Shown here: positions 33,170 to 33,570 of the stretch, piece by piece
How positions within the stretch are numbered: position 1 is the first letter of the stretch
Layout of the letters: each line of letters begins with the position of its first letter
Assembly: GCF_006345805.1 (NCBI RefSeq)
Contig: NW_021831983.1
Span: 1-33,570, forward strand
DNA from: Octopus sinensis
Lineage: Eukaryota
Reading direction: 5' to 3'
Length of the DNA: 33,570 bases
Position numbers and translations under genes: made by a program
Notes under the pieces: generated by a model
What the model was told of the DNA's origin: nothing
What the model saw: only the letters and a program-made list of their open reading frames with translations
Databases searched by the model: none

Positions 33170-33233
33170 ATTCCCCTGACGAGACGAATGGGCCCCTTAA
33201 TAGTTCCCAAACGTAGAAATCGAAATAGGGGAT
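33170..33233 (+). ncRNA. Degenerate hammerhead-like motif with long stem II
   Basis: ATTCCC CTGACGA(33176-33182) GACG..GGG..CCC..CGTA GAAA TCGAAA TA GGGGAT: 6-bp stem I, an A instead of C at 11.1, and a very short stem III. Confidence 0.4.
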
Positions 33234-33417
33234 TCACCAGTTATCTTCAAGTTGTGGATTCTGTTTGTCATGTCACCCGCAGACAGCTTTCATAGTGAAG
33301 AGAAATAATATGAGTGATTTAAATGGCTTTACAGCGGTTTTGACTGCTATTTCTAAACATTTAAGGGTTTTGAAACCCTCTTGGTTATAACTGTGACTTG
33401 TTCATAATATTAAACAT

Positions 33418-33570
33418 TCTTCTTCTTTTTCTTTTTCTTCTTCTTCTTCTTCTTCTCTTCTTCTTCTTCTTCTTCTTCTTCTTCTTCTCTTCTTCTTCTT
33501 TTCTTCTTCTTCTTCTTCTCCTTCTTCTTCTTCTTCCTTCTTCTTCTTCTTCATCTTCTTCTTCTTCTTC
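33418..33570. repeat. (CTT)n microsatellite running off the window
   Basis: Direct reading. Confidence 0.95.

Overview
Eukaryotic, repeat-saturated DNA with no intact host gene that I can support. The SINE families resemble the octopus OK/OR-type elements, so a cephalopod (Octopus) origin is inferred from memory, not verified. Contents: (i) four tRNA-headed SINE families (my labels A, B, C, E), with family A repeatedly inserted as dimers or a trimer under one target-site duplication (TSD); (ii) two decayed, convergent L1/Tx1-type LINEs (+ strand ~14.8-18.1 kb; - strand ~22.7-27.1 kb), two CR1-like 3' ends and a mariner end; (iii) very long tri- and tetranucleotide microsatellite blocks that explain almost every long ORF in the supplied track; (iv) structure these categories do not explain. 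That last group includes five sequence-distinct type I hammerhead-ribozyme-like motifs (six copies), one with a compensatory G3-C8 core swap inside a ~1.9 kb fold-back and one nested in a G.U-tolerant 17-bp hairpin. It also includes an inverted-repeat cassette carrying 123 nt that match the neighbouring dead LINE, including its inactivating lesions, and SINE tails that match LINE 3' ends in the same window. All alignments and folds were done by eye; ribozyme activity and family names are untested.
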